From an uncultured Lentisphaerota bacterium (GTDB lineage: Bacteria; Verrucomicrobiota; Kiritimatiellia; RFP12; UBA1067), in contig ONRL01000003.1 in the NCBI GenBank assembly GCA_900320225.1, positions 48,509-112,508 on the forward strand: a DNA stretch of 64,000 bases, given 5' to 3'. The translations under genes and the position numbers were made by a program. The notes under the pieces were generated by a model that ran no database searches, had not been told where the DNA came from, and saw nothing but the letters and a program-made list of their open reading frames with translations. Below, in pieces: positions 45,801 to 55,132 of the stretch. Each line of letters opens with the position of its first letter. The first letter of the stretch is position 1.

Positions 45801-46476
45801 CGCTCCTCTCCTGGCACTGCGTCACGTCGGCGACTGCCTTCACCGTGAGGCGGTACCACTGGCCCGGCACGATGGGCGACGCGGTGTTCAGCGTGTAGTT
45901 CGTGGCGTCCCAGCTGGTCTCAGAGCCGTCATCATCCACGTAGGCCGCGCGGACGATGAGATTCGTCACGGGCGTGCCGCCGCTCGTATCGATCTGGAGG
46001 CGGAGGGCCAGCTTGTCCTCCTCGCCCGTCGCGAACGGGACGGATGCCGGAACGGGAAAGAACTGCATGAGCGTGTCGATGTAGGTACCGTCTTCGGCGA
46101 TGCCCTGCGCCTCGCCCATCTCTTCGCTGGACGCCGCGTCGAACGAACGCCACAGGGTGCCGGACGCGGTGTCGACCTCGAGGTAGTTGTCGTTCGGCAT
46201 GGCGTTGGCGAAGAAGGACGGTCGCCGGATTGTGGGCGCGGCGAGGTTGTCGCCGCCGAATGTCTTCACAGTCGAGGTGTCCGCGTCGCCCTCGAAAAAG
46301 AAATATGGGAATGATTTCGGGGTACCATCCTCGTTGTACTCGTTCACTCCGTTCACGAGTTGCAGGGTCGTGGCGGACGTGTAACCTTCGAAACTGATCG
46401 CGTTGGCCTCGACGGCACCGGCGCCAAAGGCCGCACATGAGGCTGAGAGAACTATTGCACACAGGAGCTTTTTCAT
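42808..46476 (-). CDS. large surface protein with GLUG-motif repeats and beta-helix-like regions
   Basis: Signal peptide MKKLLCAIVLSASCAAFGAGA. Recurrent GG(F)xG motifs (IGGFSSW, VGGFVGYQQ, VGGFVGRAQ, VGGFIGRMV, IGAFVGN) are typical of GLUG repeats. Confidence 0.6.
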   Translation of the reverse strand: MKKLLCAIVLSASCAAFGAGAVEANAISFEGYTSATTLQLVNGVNEYNEDGTPKSFPYFFFEGDADTSTVKTFGGDNLAAPTIRRPSFFANAMPNDNYLEVDTASGTLWRSFDAASSEEMGEAQGIAEDGTYIDTLMQFFPVPASVPFATGEEDKLALRLQIDTSGGTPVTNLIVRAAYVDDDGSETSWDATNYTLNTASPIVPGQWYRLTVKAVADVTQCQERSADPMGFTGFEIYLDGVLLAATTPTFGTGYMAYATDEQGWLDADGDADLIAYLQSGKVFPSLLGATADATIQAIGFQGEGAVDDLVMTAENPFAAVSIDSVSYGSLEDALGEALDGDTITLLQDITLTQGLVFDSNVALNLTLDLGGHTLSYPTGTSSDYLITVDPDNWLTITNGTLTTTGRGAFVHGGLELLADTSLTSDCRVLNIVGVDGNTNMPTVCIIDAGATVTHGNGDDVAVFVRGSEGARQFWGAWAILDVYGTLVDAATTPGQYGITGNGGNATLAEINFYDGSVYTFADTTRPMMWLPSNDLNLYGGTLTSAGGGILVLGGKVNVPADSTVTVTATGPAGAYVYYDNCYTGDALYLAATGTRYPRSQYKVTLPEGVGVDQVEANIAGGTFTSANGAGIAAYVDPNCSGAVALTNFVSGGLYSSEPAAALLAPKHFTKTVSDPAGYYTVYRWLLGSGTAQDPFQIADRDDLEFFRDQVNNANALGTPGQHFLQLADIDLGGDRWIDIGNINDSAAYFVASPAFKGVYDGGGHVVSNFVLSGRSYCGFFGTIKDGTVKNLQLLDVASPDPYVAGTHPLNLASGAAFCGDIEGGHFENVTVSGTVWGNHNIGGFSSWCEGNVTMLSCTNLANVGTTFTKLGGFHSYYGNTMTLFCSNCCNKGTLTFDKVQRGNSTDATAAVGGFVGYQQNPGKMIFVDCVNEGALNATYTSGSVDVATVGGFVGRAQTSGISLAITNGVSSGAITVNVTNANEKAEVGGFIGRMVKGVSLSMDNVTVAAGTALSATVKEGVTHYIGAFVGNDLNSPQTAILTYGIAPSEYAPGITNNIAGGYNSTSTADGLTTYFYESAFSVDWDTDTDASLIWGTTAPTAEELTKIESWATTNNIVDPNGKLGLESYLLGCTSVLAVDPVLHIDAIEQTETGWKITVSASAGESAVPLSSAINGTLKVRYAADLATGSWTDATYTPTFANGTATVTVTAEGAKFIKAVITK

Positions 46477-46630
46477 GATTTTTCCTTTTCTAACGGGCTT
46501 CACGGCAGAGAGTTGAGCCATTTTAGAAAAACCCAACTCGGTGTCAACGTTTGCAAGTGTAACAAATCCTCTTGATAAGTGCAAAGCAATCTTGATTGTA
46601 AAGATTTAAATTACATCCATATTTTCATCA

Positions 46631-46659
46631 TTGACTTCTGAGACAAAAACTGATATACT
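46631..46659 (+). promoter_or_regulatory. promoter TTGACT-17-TGaTATACT, 6 nt before ATG 46666
   Basis: Best full sigma70-type match in the window. Confidence 0.6.
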
Positions 46660-46665
46660 GTCACA

Positions 46666-48084
46666 ATGTTTCTTTCACCAAAAAAGGACAATTGCATGAA
46701 GAAGCTGTGTTGGACGGCCGCGAGTGTGGCGTTGACAGGGTTTTCCGCGTTCGGCGCGGGGTTCGCCCTTTACGAGGGCTCCGCTTCGGGTACGGCGCTC
46801 GGTGGCGCGGTGATGGGCAAGGCGGTGGACGCCTCTGCCCTTTTTTACAACCCGGCGACGATGTCTGACTTCACGAACGTGGTGGTGACGGTCGGTTTCG
46901 TGACCGAACACCCCACGGCGGACACGGCCATCAACGGGCACCACGGGCGCAAGATGGATCCGGGCGCGTTCATGCTCCCGCACACCTATGCGGTCGTGCC
47001 GCTTCCATACGACTTTTCCTTCGGCCTCGGCTTCGCGCCGGAGTTCGGTCTCGGCACGCACTACAACCCAGATTGGGAAATGGCCTGGAACACGCGCAGT
47101 ACGTTCGTGGAGGGTCTCACGCTCAACCCGAACATCTCCTACCGCATCACGGACAAGTGGAGCGTGGCGGCGGGCATTCGCCTCCTTTACTTCAAGTTCG
47201 ACCAGTACTCGAGCCCGCAGGCCGTGAGCGACGGCAACTACTACGGCTCCATGCGCAACCACCTGAAGGGCGACAACGGCTTCACCGACTGGGGCTGGGA
47301 ACTTTCCACGCGCTATCGGTTCACGGATACGATTTCTGCTGGCGTTCTTTACAAGTCTTACATCGATACGAAGGTGAAGGGGTACAACCACACGCGCGTG
47401 AGATCACGCGATTACTCTGCCGCCGAGGCACAGGCGGCCGCCGCTGCGCGCAAGCAGCTGACTGACATGGGGCTTGTTCCAGGCGTGCAGCCATGGGACG
47501 TCTACTACGCCCAGGCCATACAGCGGGCCAACGCGCAGGCGCATCAGATGGTCGATTCGTCACTCGATTCGGCCGCAAGGGGAAATACGGGCGACGCGCA
47601 TGCGGACATCCGCCTTCCGCAGTCGCTCACCATCGGCGGCAACTGGGACGTGACGGACACCGTTCACCTGGGGTCCGCGCTCACCTGGACGGAATGGTCT
47701 TCCATGCCGGAGATCAACTTCCACCTTCCTTCTGGCGTCAAGACCACGAAACTCAACTGGCACGACGTCTACCGCATCGGTTTCGGCGGCGCGTGGGACT
47801 TCCACGAGAACTTCACGCTACTCGGCTCCTACGTGTATGACATGGATCCCTGCAGCCACCGCCGCAACGACGGATCCACGATGCTGCCGCCCGGCGACCG
47901 CCACATCGGCACGATCGGCCTTCAGTGGCACTACGGCAACCTGGACGTGACGGTCTGCTACGGCCTCGTCTTCATGATGTCGCACGACGCCCACTTCATC
48001 GACGCGCAGGGCACCGACTGGAAGTTCGACACGCACAACGGCCTCTCCCAGTCGGCCGGCGTCACGATGAGCTACCAGTTCTGA
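46666..48084 (+). CDS. FadL/OmpP1/TodX-family outer membrane channel
   Basis: Signal peptide followed by GFALYEGSASGTALGGA, alternating beta-strand pattern and a terminal aromatic residue (...MSYQF). The promoter 6 nt upstream of ATG 46666 favours this start; an alternative ATG is at 46696. Confidence 0.7.
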   Translation: MFLSPKKDNCMKKLCWTAASVALTGFSAFGAGFALYEGSASGTALGGAVMGKAVDASALFYNPATMSDFTNVVVTVGFVTEHPTADTAINGHHGRKMDPGAFMLPHTYAVVPLPYDFSFGLGFAPEFGLGTHYNPDWEMAWNTRSTFVEGLTLNPNISYRITDKWSVAAGIRLLYFKFDQYSSPQAVSDGNYYGSMRNHLKGDNGFTDWGWELSTRYRFTDTISAGVLYKSYIDTKVKGYNHTRVRSRDYSAAEAQAAAAARKQLTDMGLVPGVQPWDVYYAQAIQRANAQAHQMVDSSLDSAARGNTGDAHADIRLPQSLTIGGNWDVTDTVHLGSALTWTEWSSMPEINFHLPSGVKTTKLNWHDVYRIGFGGAWDFHENFTLLGSYVYDMDPCSHRRNDGSTMLPPGDRHIGTIGLQWHYGNLDVTVCYGLVFMMSHDAHFIDAQGTDWKFDTHNGLSQSAGVTMSYQF

Positions 48085-48100
48085 CGTGCCGCCGTCAGAA
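48079..48100. terminator. hairpin between convergent OMP genes, containing both stop codons
   Basis: TTCTGACG-TGCCGC-CGTCAGAA (8-bp stem). TGA at 48082-84 on the plus strand; the minus-strand stop (TCA on the plus strand) is at 48095-97. Confidence 0.5.
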
Positions 48101-50248
48101 CGTGGCGCGGAGGCCGATCTCAAACGTGCGCGGCTCGCCCACGAGGCACTCGTAATAGTGGCGGGCGGACTCGAAGTACTTCTCGCCAAAGAGGTTGCGC
48201 ACGCCGAAGGTGAGGATCCAGTCCTTGCTGCCGCCGAACTTGGAAAGGGGCATTGAGACGTTGACGTCGAAGAGGTGCGACGGATCGAAGCGCAGGTCCT
48301 TGTCCACGTAGCTGCCGCGCATGGTGGCGTAGCTCATCGAGCGGAACCGGTAGTTGCCGCCGATCACGACGTCCTCCATGAATCCCCAGTCGAAACGGTA
48401 GGAAGTGGCAAACGAGAACGTGTGCGCCGGGTAGCGCTCGAAGTCGCGTCCCTTCTCGTGGGGGGCGACGTTGCGGTCGGTGTACTGGTTGAATCCATAC
48501 ATGCCCATGACGGTCCAGTTGTCGGTGACGTCGCCCGAAATGGAAAGCTCCGCGCCACGCGAGGTGTTGCGCCCGTCATAGCTCTCGATGAGACCCGCGT
48601 TGTCGAATTCCGGTACGTTCTCCTGTTCGATGCGGTACGTGGAGAGCGTCACCCACAGCTTCTCGGCCGGACTCACGCGTACGCCGCCCTCGTACTGCGT
48701 GGCGTACCAGGGCTTGGTTGGCGTGGCGCCGCTTTCCGTGTGCAGGCCGAGCATGGGCGTACGCGTCTGGGAGATGTTGCCGAAGAACACGAGCCAGTCA
48801 AGCGGACGGACCGTCAGGCCGCCGCGCGGCGAAACGGCGTCTGCCGAGGTCGCACGGTAGCGCGTACGCGTGGTCGCGCCGTTGGCCGTAGTCGTGCTCG
48901 TGTACGCCTCCTGTTCGAAGTGGTCGTAGCGCAGGCCGCCAAGGAGCGTGAACCAGCGCCAGTTGATCGCGTCCTGGAGCAACAGCCCGTAGCGCGACGT
49001 GGGCGTACCGAAGCCACCGGACGATTCGCGATAGTTGTAGTCGGGCTGGATGACGAGCGAATTCTTGAATTCCAGCGGCAGTTCCTTCGTCCAGACCGAG
49101 CGGGTATAGAGGTTGTAGTTCCGGCTGACGGAATCGGCCTCGCTGAAACCCGAAGTCATGTATTTTTCGCCGGAAAGCCAGCGCCCGGTCTCGTAGTAGT
49201 TCAGCAGCTCTTCGCCGCTGCCGTTGTACGGCTCCTGCATGGAGAAATCCCATGACGAGAACATCATGCCCGCGCCGAACTTGAGGAGCCATTCGTCGGT
49301 GACCTGCCAGTCGAGCCACGGGTTCACCATGAAGCTCTCGTAGGTGGCGCGGTCACCGCGTCGGCAGGAGGATTCATACCAGTGGTAGCCGGCGCCAGGA
49401 TGTCCGCGGTAGACCGGCACGCCGATGTAGCCCGGCTGGTCGGTGTACTGGAACATTGACTTCACGCCCATCGTCACGTCATCCCCCGCCTGTGCGATCA
49501 CGGACGGCGCCACGGTGAATGACTCGCGCGGACGCGCGCCTTTCTGGATGCCCTGGTGGATGTAGGTCGGCTCGTAGTAGTCGGCCGTGCCGATCACGCG
49601 CACCGCGGTCTTCCCCTCCAGGGCCGTCTCGTTCACGTCCACCATGCCGCGTTGGCGAAAGGTGTGCTTGCCCACGGAGGTGTTGGCCTGCAGGCCGATT
49701 TCGTCCTTGTCGAGGCGGGCGCTCTTCATGTAGAGGTTCACCGCACCGCCGCCGCCTGAGGCGTTCTGCGAACTGCCCGCGCCGCCGGCGAGCGATCCGA
49801 TGGGCCCCTTGACGATCTCGATGCGCTCCATCAGGAACGGGTCCATGAAGAGGCCGGCGCCGCGTCCGATCGGCAGCACGCCGTCGAACGCTGGCTCCGT
49901 GCCGCCCATGCCGCGTATCGTGAACTGTCCGGGGTTGCGCACGAGGAGGGACTTGCCGCCCGTCTCGATGCCCGGCACGTAGCGCATGAGGTCGTGGAGG
50001 TCGGTGGGATTGTGCTCGCGGATGTAGTCCTCCGTGAGGGTGTCCACCACGGTGGGAAGCTCTTCGGGCGGCGCGTCGGTGAACGTGGCGCCGTTGACGG
50101 TGGCGGGACGGTACCGCGAGAGGGCTGAAGCCTCCACGAGAATCTCGTCGAGTTCCATTACGGCATTCGTGGTGGTGGTCTCGGCGCCGCAAAGGTGCGC
50201 GGTGGGAATAAGTACGGCCGTACAAGTGACAACGGGTATTAATTTCAT
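48095..50248 (-). CDS. TonB-dependent outer membrane receptor
   Basis: Signal peptide, TonB-box/plug region (ELDEILVEAS..., IEIVKGP) and a terminal ...GLRATF beta-barrel signature. Confidence 0.85.
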   Translation of the reverse strand: MKLIPVVTCTAVLIPTAHLCGAETTTTNAVMELDEILVEASALSRYRPATVNGATFTDAPPEELPTVVDTLTEDYIREHNPTDLHDLMRYVPGIETGGKSLLVRNPGQFTIRGMGGTEPAFDGVLPIGRGAGLFMDPFLMERIEIVKGPIGSLAGGAGSSQNASGGGGAVNLYMKSARLDKDEIGLQANTSVGKHTFRQRGMVDVNETALEGKTAVRVIGTADYYEPTYIHQGIQKGARPRESFTVAPSVIAQAGDDVTMGVKSMFQYTDQPGYIGVPVYRGHPGAGYHWYESSCRRGDRATYESFMVNPWLDWQVTDEWLLKFGAGMMFSSWDFSMQEPYNGSGEELLNYYETGRWLSGEKYMTSGFSEADSVSRNYNLYTRSVWTKELPLEFKNSLVIQPDYNYRESSGGFGTPTSRYGLLLQDAINWRWFTLLGGLRYDHFEQEAYTSTTTANGATTRTRYRATSADAVSPRGGLTVRPLDWLVFFGNISQTRTPMLGLHTESGATPTKPWYATQYEGGVRVSPAEKLWVTLSTYRIEQENVPEFDNAGLIESYDGRNTSRGAELSISGDVTDNWTVMGMYGFNQYTDRNVAPHEKGRDFERYPAHTFSFATSYRFDWGFMEDVVIGGNYRFRSMSYATMRGSYVDKDLRFDPSHLFDVNVSMPLSKFGGSKDWILTFGVRNLFGEKYFESARHYYECLVGEPRTFEIGLRATF

Positions 50249-50283
50249 GGCAACTTAGTAAACGCCGATCGTCCGGCGGCGGT

Positions 50284-51069
50284 TCAGTCCTTCAGTCGAA
50301 ATCTGATGGGGATGCGGATCGTGTAAGGCACATGAACGGAACCGCGTCGGGCGGGGACGAAGCAGGCGCGCTTGGCGGTTTGAACGGCGGCCTGGTCGAG
50401 TTCCGCGAAACCGCAGGAGGCGACGATCCGCACGCCGTCCACCGTGCCGTTTGCCGATATGTCCAGTTCAAGTTTGACGACGCCCTCCTCGCCGCGCTGG
50501 CGCGCGCCTTCGGGATATTCGGGCTTGATGCGGCTGCGGGGCGAGGGTTTTTTGTCCACGTCGACACGCGCCTGGGAAGGTGCGGGCGCGGGCGGGACTG
50601 CGGCAGATGGAGGTTGCTGTGGTTGGGGTGGTGGGGTTTCTTCGGGAATTGGGGGATGCGTGTTTTTTTGATCAGGGTTCGGTTCTGGTTCCTGTTCTGT
50701 GACAGGTGGAGGCGGCGGTTCGATAACGGGCGGTGGGAGTTCGACGGTTGGTGGTGGCGGCGGTGGTGGTTCAACGGCTGGCGGGGGTGGAAACTCGACG
50801 GCTGGCGGTGGCGGCAAGGGGTCGATGAAGGCTTGTGGCGGCGTGGGGGGCGAAGATTCAACGGCGGGAGAAGGCAGCCGGGCCGCTGGGGGGGCTGTCT
50901 CTTCGGGCGTTTCGGAGAAGGAGAGGTCGACCGAGGTCATGTCGAGTTCGGGAAGGGTGGCGTTGTCGGAAGAGAACCAGCCGAGGTATGCGGCACCGGT
51001 GATCAGTGCGGCGTGGGCAGCGAGCGCGCAGGCGAGGGCGCAAGTCGCACGGATGAGGGCCTCTCGCAT
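50284..51069 (-). CDS. tonB: energy transducer TonB
   Basis: N-terminal anchor, long Pro-rich spacer (PPPPAVE repeats) and a C-terminal TonB domain (YPEGARQRGEEGVVKLELDISANG). Confidence 0.85.
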   Translation of the reverse strand: MREALIRATCALACALAAHAALITGAAYLGWFSSDNATLPELDMTSVDLSFSETPEETAPPAARLPSPAVESSPPTPPQAFIDPLPPPPAVEFPPPPAVEPPPPPPPTVELPPPVIEPPPPPVTEQEPEPNPDQKNTHPPIPEETPPPQPQQPPSAAVPPAPAPSQARVDVDKKPSPRSRIKPEYPEGARQRGEEGVVKLELDISANGTVDGVRIVASCGFAELDQAAVQTAKRACFVPARRGSVHVPYTIRIPIRFRLKD

Positions 51070-51578
51070 CAGTTGCCTCCGGGCGACCCGTGATCGCCGG
51101 TACTGTCGGGCATCCTGTGATCGTCGGTACGATCGGCGATTCCCCCCGCCTTCCCACTTACCTGGAAACTGGCCTTCTCCACGCCGGCGGCCTTGAGACG
51201 GGCGAGCAGCTCGATACCGGTACCGAGGCTGGCCTTGCGGTCGGCGGAGATGAGGACGGGCGTCTCCTTGCGGACATCGACGAGTCGTTTGACCGTCTCG
51301 ACCAAATCATCCTGCGCGAGGGGGCGTCCGTTGAGCTGGAGCGCATCTTGCGCGTCGATCGTCACGACGATGCGCTCGCCTTTCTCCAGCACGCCTGCGG
51401 CGGCGGGGAGATCCACCTTGAGACCATGGTGCACCGCCATGTTGAAGACCGAATAGACGAAGAACACGAGCACGAGGAACATGACGTCCATGAGCGACAC
51501 CATCTCCACGCGCGCCTCGCGCTTCAGGAAGGGGCTTTTAAGCTTCTTCTTTGTCGTCTTCTTTGTCTTCATCTTCAT
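51069..51578 (-). CDS. exbD: biopolymer transport protein ExbD/TolR
   Basis: Basic N-terminus followed by the TM segment MVSLMDVMFLVLVFFV, typical of ExbD. The start (51578 or 51572) is uncertain and overlaps the exbB end. Confidence 0.75.
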   Translation of the reverse strand: MKMKTKKTTKKKLKSPFLKREARVEMVSLMDVMFLVLVFFVYSVFNMAVHHGLKVDLPAAAGVLEKGERIVVTIDAQDALQLNGRPLAQDDLVETVKRLVDVRKETPVLISADRKASLGTGIELLARLKAAGVEKASFQVSGKAGGIADRTDDHRMPDSTGDHGSPGGN

Positions 51579-52029
51579 CTTCTTCGCCTTCACCTTCGAG
51601 GCGGGCGGTCGCCTTGGCAAGCAGGCCGAGCAGGAAATTGTAGGGGAACACGAGGATCAGCGTGACGATGAGGCCCGCCGCCGTGGTGATGAGCGCCTCG
51701 CCGATGCCGGCCGTCGCTGCAAGGGGGGATGCGGCATCCGACACCTTGAGCGCACCGAAGGTCTGGATGATGCCGGTCACCGTGCCGAGGATGCCGAGCA
51801 TCGGTTCGGCGGTGATGATCGTGGAGAGCAGCCCGAAACCGCGCTGGAGGCGGTTGAGCGTCGCCTGCGGGTCGGCCGCGCGTTCGCGTGCGTGGAAGAA
51901 TACGTAGAAGGCGTAGAGCCGGTCGAAGACGATGGCCACGCCTACGATGGAGAGGATGAGGATGGGCCACATCACGGGCCCGCCCTCGTTGAATGACTGA
52001 AGAATCTGCTGGAATGTCGGCATATTCAT
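51538..52029 (-). CDS. exbB: MotA/TolQ/ExbB proton channel protein
   Basis: GGPVMWPILILSIVGVAIV and GILGTVTGII...ALITTAAGL motifs. Confidence 0.85.
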   Translation of the reverse strand: MNMPTFQQILQSFNEGGPVMWPILILSIVGVAIVFDRLYAFYVFFHARERAADPQATLNRLQRGFGLLSTIITAEPMLGILGTVTGIIQTFGALKVSDAASPLAATAGIGEALITTAAGLIVTLILVFPYNFLLGLLAKATARLEGEGEEDEDEDKEDDKEEA

Positions 52030-52114
52030 TTAAACGAATGCAGAGGGCTATTCGTTCATCGTGATGGAATATACGGCAATTCGTGCAAACGCCATTCCAT
52101 AAGACGGCTTTTTG

Positions 52115-52123
52115 TGCTATAAT
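52115..52123 (+). promoter_or_regulatory. extended -10 promoter (TGcTATAAT) upstream of hisS
   Basis: 36 nt before ATG 52160, with GGAG in the leader. Confidence 0.5.
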
Positions 52124-52159
52124 ACACACATCCATTTGGAGAAATTAAGAAGAAAGAAG

Positions 52160-53422
52160 ATGGCAGGACAAATTTCATTTGAGCCGCCACGCGGAATGCG
52201 GGATTTCTATCCCGAGGACATGGCGTGGCGCAACCGCGTGTTCGACGCGTTCAGGGCCGCGGCGGACGCCGCGGGCTTCGAGCCGTACGACGCCTGCGTC
52301 GTGGAGAACTATGACCTGCTCGCGCGCAAGGCGGGCGAGGAGGTGGGGAACCAGATTTACCATTTCTTCGACAAGAGCGAGCGCCACATCGCGCTGCGAC
52401 CGGAGATGACGCCCACGCTCGCGCGCATGGTCGCGCAGCGGCAGGGGGCGCTTTCCTTCCCCCTCAAGTGGACGGCCATCGCGCAGTGCTTCCGCTACGA
52501 GCGCATGACGAAGGGACGCAAGCGCGAGCACTACCAGTGGAACATGGACATCATCGGCGAGGAGAGCGTCCTCGCCGAGGTCGAGGTGCTCGGCGCGGCG
52601 TGCGACGCCCTGCGCCGGATGGGGCTTTCGGACGCCGACTGGCGCATCCACGTGTCCTCCCGCGCGCTCCTCGCGGAGCTCCTCGCGGCGAGCGGCATCC
52701 CGGAGGAGCGCCATGCGAGCGTGTTCCTCGCCCTCGACAAGCGCGGCAAGATCCCCGACGAGGAGATCAAGTACATCCTCCAGCAGGGCGGGCTCGACGA
52801 CGCGGGCATCGCGAAGACGTTCGAGCTCCTGGACGTGAAGGGCCTCGACGGCGCGGCGGCGCTCGTGGCGCCCGATTCGCCCGCCGTGGCCCGCTTGCGC
52901 GAACTGTTCCGCCTCGCGGGGATCGCGGGGTTCGCGGACCAGCTGCAGTTCGACATCGCGGTGATCCGCGGGCTCAGCTACTACACGGGCATCGTGTTCG
53001 AGTGCTTCGACACGGCCGGCGAGTTCCGCGCGATCTTCGGCGGCGGACGCTACGACAGCCTGCTCACGACGATCGGCGGCGCGCCGACGCCGGCGGTGGG
53101 CCTCGGGTTCGGCGACGTGGTGGTGACGGAACTCCTGAAGGCGCGCCTCGGCGCGGACGCCGCGCAGGCGAAGAAGGGCGTGTACGTGGGGTTCATGTTC
53201 CCCGAGCAGCGCGACGCCGCGCTGGCGCTCGCGGCGAAGCTGCGCGCGGCGGGGGAGTGCGTGAACCTGGCGCTCCGGAAGCAGAAGCCCAAGCAGTTCT
53301 TCGCGCACGCCGGCGCGTCGAGCTGCGCGAAGGCGGTGTTCATCGGCCCCGACGACGTGGCGGCCGGACAGGCGAAGATGAAGGATCTTGCCACGCGGGA
53401 GGAAACGACCATTGGCCTCTAG
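52160..53422 (+). CDS. hisS: histidine--tRNA ligase
   Basis: PRGMRDFYPED, LRPEMTP and FRYERMTKGRKREHYQWN (class II motif 2) plus GGGRYD motif 3. Confidence 0.9.
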   Translation: MAGQISFEPPRGMRDFYPEDMAWRNRVFDAFRAAADAAGFEPYDACVVENYDLLARKAGEEVGNQIYHFFDKSERHIALRPEMTPTLARMVAQRQGALSFPLKWTAIAQCFRYERMTKGRKREHYQWNMDIIGEESVLAEVEVLGAACDALRRMGLSDADWRIHVSSRALLAELLAASGIPEERHASVFLALDKRGKIPDEEIKYILQQGGLDDAGIAKTFELLDVKGLDGAAALVAPDSPAVARLRELFRLAGIAGFADQLQFDIAVIRGLSYYTGIVFECFDTAGEFRAIFGGGRYDSLLTTIGGAPTPAVGLGFGDVVVTELLKARLGADAAQAKKGVYVGFMFPEQRDAALALAAKLRAAGECVNLALRKQKPKQFFAHAGASSCAKAVFIGPDDVAAGQAKMKDLATREETTIGL

Positions 53423-54026
53423 TCTGGACAGATGCGCGGCGGCCGCATGCGCCGAGCTCGCGGCGCGCTTTACGCGCGTGCGCGCGGGCGTGGACGCCGG
53501 CTTCGGCGACGCGGCCGTGTCGCAGGCGTTGCGCGCGGCGTGTCCCGGAGTGTGGATGACCGTGGAGGACGGCGTGGCCGCGAGGGAGCGCGTGGCGGGG
53601 ACGCTGGACCCGAAAACCGTGCTGCAACTCGGCGTGGGAGGCGAAATGCCGTTCGACGACCACCAGTTCGAGGTGGTCGTGCTGTCGGCCGCGCTTCTCG
53701 TCGGCGCGCGTGCGCGCGCCGAGGCTGTCGTGCGCGAGACGCATCGGATCCTGCAGGGGGGAGGGTGCCTCGTCTTCTCCGTGGACGAGTCGGGCGCCGT
53801 CTCGGGGTTCGGCCAGCGTGGCATCTATGATTTGCTGAAAGACGGTTTCGACGTGGTGGGGCTGAAACGCCCGCCGTGGTGGAAGTTTGGCGTGGCGGGC
53901 CGTACGCTGACGGTCTGTGCCCGCCGCAAGACATGGCGTCGTCGTTCGGCGCCGATCGTGGGCGAGGCGATGCCCGTGTCGTCCGCGATGTTGTCACCCC
54001 GGGAACGAAAGGGAGGTCTGAGATGA
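53388..54026 (+). CDS. class I SAM-dependent methyltransferase-like protein
   Basis: Degenerate motif I VDAGFGD, plus MPFDDHQFEVVV...RILQGGGCLVF resembling Methyltransf_11. The start is uncertain: ATG 53388 overlaps hisS by 35 nt. Confidence 0.45.
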   Translation: MPRGRKRPLASSLDRCAAAACAELAARFTRVRAGVDAGFGDAAVSQALRAACPGVWMTVEDGVAARERVAGTLDPKTVLQLGVGGEMPFDDHQFEVVVLSAALLVGARARAEAVVRETHRILQGGGCLVFSVDESGAVSGFGQRGIYDLLKDGFDVVGLKRPPWWKFGVAGRTLTVCARRKTWRRRSAPIVGEAMPVSSAMLSPRERKGGLR

Positions 54027-55132
54027 AGCGACTGGTCCGTATTCTGTGTGCAACTGCCGTCGCGCTGATGGTTTCCTGCGCGAACGCCGATCCGGCGAAC
54101 GCGATCATGCGTTTGCTGAACTCGCAGGCGTCGGGTTCGGTGCGCGGCTTCGAGCAGGCCGCCGAGGAGGTGGCGGAACAGGCGAAGCAGGGCCGCCCCG
54201 TCTACGCCTACGTGCTTGCACTTGTCTCGCGCATGCCGTCCCCGCCTCCCGCCGCCCGCCTCGACGACGCGACGCGCACGAAGTACCTGGACGGCTGCCG
54301 CGACAAGATCAAGAAGCTCGCGAACGAGAAGAACAACTCGATGGCGTGGTATCTTCTCTCGCTGGAAAACAACGACCGCGACCTTCTCCACCGCGCGGCC
54401 GACGCCGGCAACGTGCAGGCGATGAACGCCTGGGGCACCTACCTCGTCACGCGCGCCGTCGGCGAGACCGCGGACACGAACGAGGTCAACCGCATTCTCG
54501 GCGTGGCGCACGACTACTTCAAGTCGGCGGCGGGCCAGGGCGACGCGAACGGTCTCTACAACCTCGGCATGTGCCACCTGCGCGGCCTCGGCACGCCGCA
54601 GGACGACAAGAGCGCGTTCAACTGCTTCCGGTCCGCGGCGGAGAAGGAACATCCCGAAGCCATCAACAACATCGGGCTCTTCTTCCGCGAGGGGCGCGTG
54701 GTTGAGAAGGATCTCGAAATGAGCGCGAAGTGGTTCGAGAAGTCCGCGAGTTACGACAACGCCTACGGCCAGTTCAACTTCGCCCTCGCGCTCCAGAACG
54801 GCGAGGGCGTGGCGCAGGACGAGGCCCGCGCGGCCGCGTTGCTGGCCAAGTCGGCGGGCGGCGGGTGCGTGGAGGCCATCGACGCCTACGGCGTGGCGCT
54901 CTGGAAGGGCCGCGGCGTGAAGGAAAATCCGCAGGCGGCGTTCCAGCATTTCCTCCGCGCGGCCGAGGCGGGGTACCCGCCCGCGATGGAGAACCTTTCG
55001 ACATGCTACCGGTACGGGAAAGGGGTGAAGCCGGACGAACGGCAGTCCATGGAGTGGAAAATCCGGTCGCGCGCCGCGCGCGGCGACCGCAACGCGCAGG
55101 CATGGCTGCAGCAGAACGCAAAGAGAAAATGA
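54023..55132 (+). CDS. Sel1-repeat (TPR-like) lipoprotein
   Basis: Lipobox LMVSC after MKRLVRILCATAVA. Multiple Sel1 repeats (GNVQAMNAWG, GDANGLYNLGMCHLRGLG, HPEAINNIGLFFREG...). ATGA overlap with the upstream stop. Confidence 0.8.
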   Translation: MKRLVRILCATAVALMVSCANADPANAIMRLLNSQASGSVRGFEQAAEEVAEQAKQGRPVYAYVLALVSRMPSPPPAARLDDATRTKYLDGCRDKIKKLANEKNNSMAWYLLSLENNDRDLLHRAADAGNVQAMNAWGTYLVTRAVGETADTNEVNRILGVAHDYFKSAAGQGDANGLYNLGMCHLRGLGTPQDDKSAFNCFRSAAEKEHPEAINNIGLFFREGRVVEKDLEMSAKWFEKSASYDNAYGQFNFALALQNGEGVAQDEARAAALLAKSAGGGCVEAIDAYGVALWKGRGVKENPQAAFQHFLRAAEAGYPPAMENLSTCYRYGKGVKPDERQSMEWKIRSRAARGDRNAQAWLQQNAKRK

